DNA from: Chiloscyllium plagiosum | Lineage: Eukaryota | Direction of reading: 5' to 3' | Length of the DNA stretch: 22,925 bases | Assembly: GCF_004010195.1 (NCBI RefSeq) | Contig: NC_057718.1 | Span: 17,934,102-17,957,026 of the forward strand | Part shown: in pieces, positions 21,484 through 22,925 of the stretch | Numbering within the stretch: position 1 is the first letter of the stretch | How the letters are laid out: each line of letters starts with the position of its first letter | Notes under the pieces: generated by a model | Told to the model about the DNA's origin: nothing | What the model saw: only the letters and a program-made list of their open reading frames with translations | The model's database searches: none | Program-made: the position numbers and the translations under genes

Positions 21484-22216
21484 ATTTGTGAAGACCTATA
21501 TAATAAAGAGGATATGTGCAGAAATCTGTCTCTTCTTCCTGAAGAGTCACTCGTTACCCAGAGCAAAGCTGCCTATGTTCTACTTCTCTACACAGCTGTG
21601 TTGACTATTTTGTCCATACCCCCATCAATTTTACTTGGTGCCTGGTCTGATCAAGCAGGTCGCAAACTTGGCATGATATTACCCAGTATTGGTGCGTCAC
21701 TTGGTGGGGCTGTATTGATAGTGATGGTGCAGGTTAAGCAAATATCTGTCTATTGGTGTGTTTTTGCCTCTGCATTAATAGGGATCTTTGGAAATTATGT
21801 TGCCATTTTCCTCAGTGTCTTCAGTTATGTGGCTGACATCACAACAGATGAGAACCGTACTATGCGTATTGGCATTGTACAATCGATGATCTATATTGGG
21901 GGGACTGTTGGGTACCTATTGAGTGGATGGCTACTTCAGAATTACACCTTTACACATGTTTTTGGTGTATATTGTGGCTGTCAAGTGATATCTATTTTCT
22001 ATGTACTGCTGTGGTTGCGGGAGTCAAATCCTGCTGAAAGGGTGCAACTAACTGATGAAATAGCTGTGACAGCTAATGATAGGGTCTTGAAAAAAAGTAT
22101 ATTTTTGTATGCATCAAGAACATGGGAAACGTTTTCAAAGACTCGTGGAGGACAAGACCGATTGAAGCTTTACTTGATTTTCGTCTGTGTCGTCTTGATA
22201 TACGTTTGCAATATTG
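21484..22216 (+). CDS. SLC46-family transporter, coding exon 2 (733 nt, about TM2-TM7); gene continues beyond the window
   Basis: Acceptor TTTGTTTTTGTTTTGCAG|ATT; open frame with GAWSDQAGRK (MFS motif A, PCFT DxxGRR turn) and FSYVAD..RTMRIG; hydrophobic helices; donor G|GTAAGT at 22216/22217 (phase 1). Confidence 0.93.
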
Positions 22217-22673
22217 GTAAGTTACAAACATGTACATCTGAATTTTTGTTTGTTTTGAGATGGCCGAGTGATAGACCATCAAAATATTAGTTTGTGTTTC
22301 ATTTCTTATGGCACTCAACTCCTCAGCCTTTTTAACTATCAACTTATTTATAAATTTTTTTAAAGAACTTGTATTATTATTGATTCGGCAAGTCAAAAGG
22401 CTCTCATAGTCAGTCAATTAAGCCACAGTAAAATGTCACCAGTATTTAATTGGCAGGTTATTGAAGGCTCATGTTATTTTAATTGATTCAGGGATATTAA
22501 GTCTGAGCAAATTAAATTTAATTAAATGTTTTACTTTGAATATTTGAGGTTTCCATTGGTAATGGATGAGTTTTTTGTATCTTAAACCTCCTGCCAACTG
22601 AATTGGGAACTGTTTTCCCACAGCTGCCGCTTGACCATCAGAACAATTCTCTGACCCTGCCTACCATCTTACT

Positions 22674-22925
22674 AGGAGAAAGTGAGGACTGCAGATGCTG
22701 GAGATCAGAGCTGAAAATGTGTTGCTGGAAAAGCGCAGCAGGTCAGGCAGCATCCAAGGAGCAGGAGAATCGACGTTTTGGGCATGAACCCTTCTTCAGG
22801 AATGAGGAAAGTGTGTCCAGCAGGCTAAGATAAAAGGTAGGGAGGAGGGACTTGGGGGAGGGGTGTTGGAAATGCGATCGGTGGAAGGAGGTCAAGGTGA
22901 GGGTGATAGGCCGGACTGGGGGTGG
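22674..22925 (-). mobile_element. Penelope family A 3' fragment in intron 2, runs off the window
   Basis: Matches 1877-2125 and 11926-12046; hammerhead GAAA box changed to AAAA. Confidence 0.88.

Noticed and set aside
21463..22290. 275-aa ORF as a single-exon gene
   Set aside because: It starts at a GTG inside the acceptor tract and runs past a consensus donor; TM1 is supplied by exon 5526-5627.
8911..22800. Selection against sense-strand hammerheads in the introns
   Set aside because: Sense copies are damaged, but so are most antisense copies; too few to infer a bias.
1..22925. CRISPR arrays, operons or prokaryotic defence systems
   Set aside because: No regularly spaced repeats or dense ORFs; the sequence is intron-containing vertebrate DNA.

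Overview
Eukaryotic, repeat-dense vertebrate DNA; the repeat families (HE1-type V-SINE, HER1/CR1-type LINE tails, Penelope-like elements) point to a shark or ray. One host gene is supported, on the + strand: an SLC46 (PCFT-like) MFS transporter with a CpG/GC-box promoter near 5.0-5.5 kb, coding exon 1 at 5526-5627, a 15.9-kb phase-0 intron and coding exon 2 at 21484-22216; it continues beyond the window. The rest is mostly nested retroelements: CR1 fragments, a 550-bp solo LTR, a decayed Penelope RT/GIY-YIG element, a single-ORF LINE apparently carrying a tRNA-derived head, and several short Penelope-derived insertions. Most notable: minimal hammerhead-ribozyme motifs in three Penelope terminal-repeat families; three TSD-flanked fold-back insertions with a shared geometry; and apparent neutral substitutions at three PCFT proton-coupling positions. 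All family names come from recognition by eye, not from database searches.
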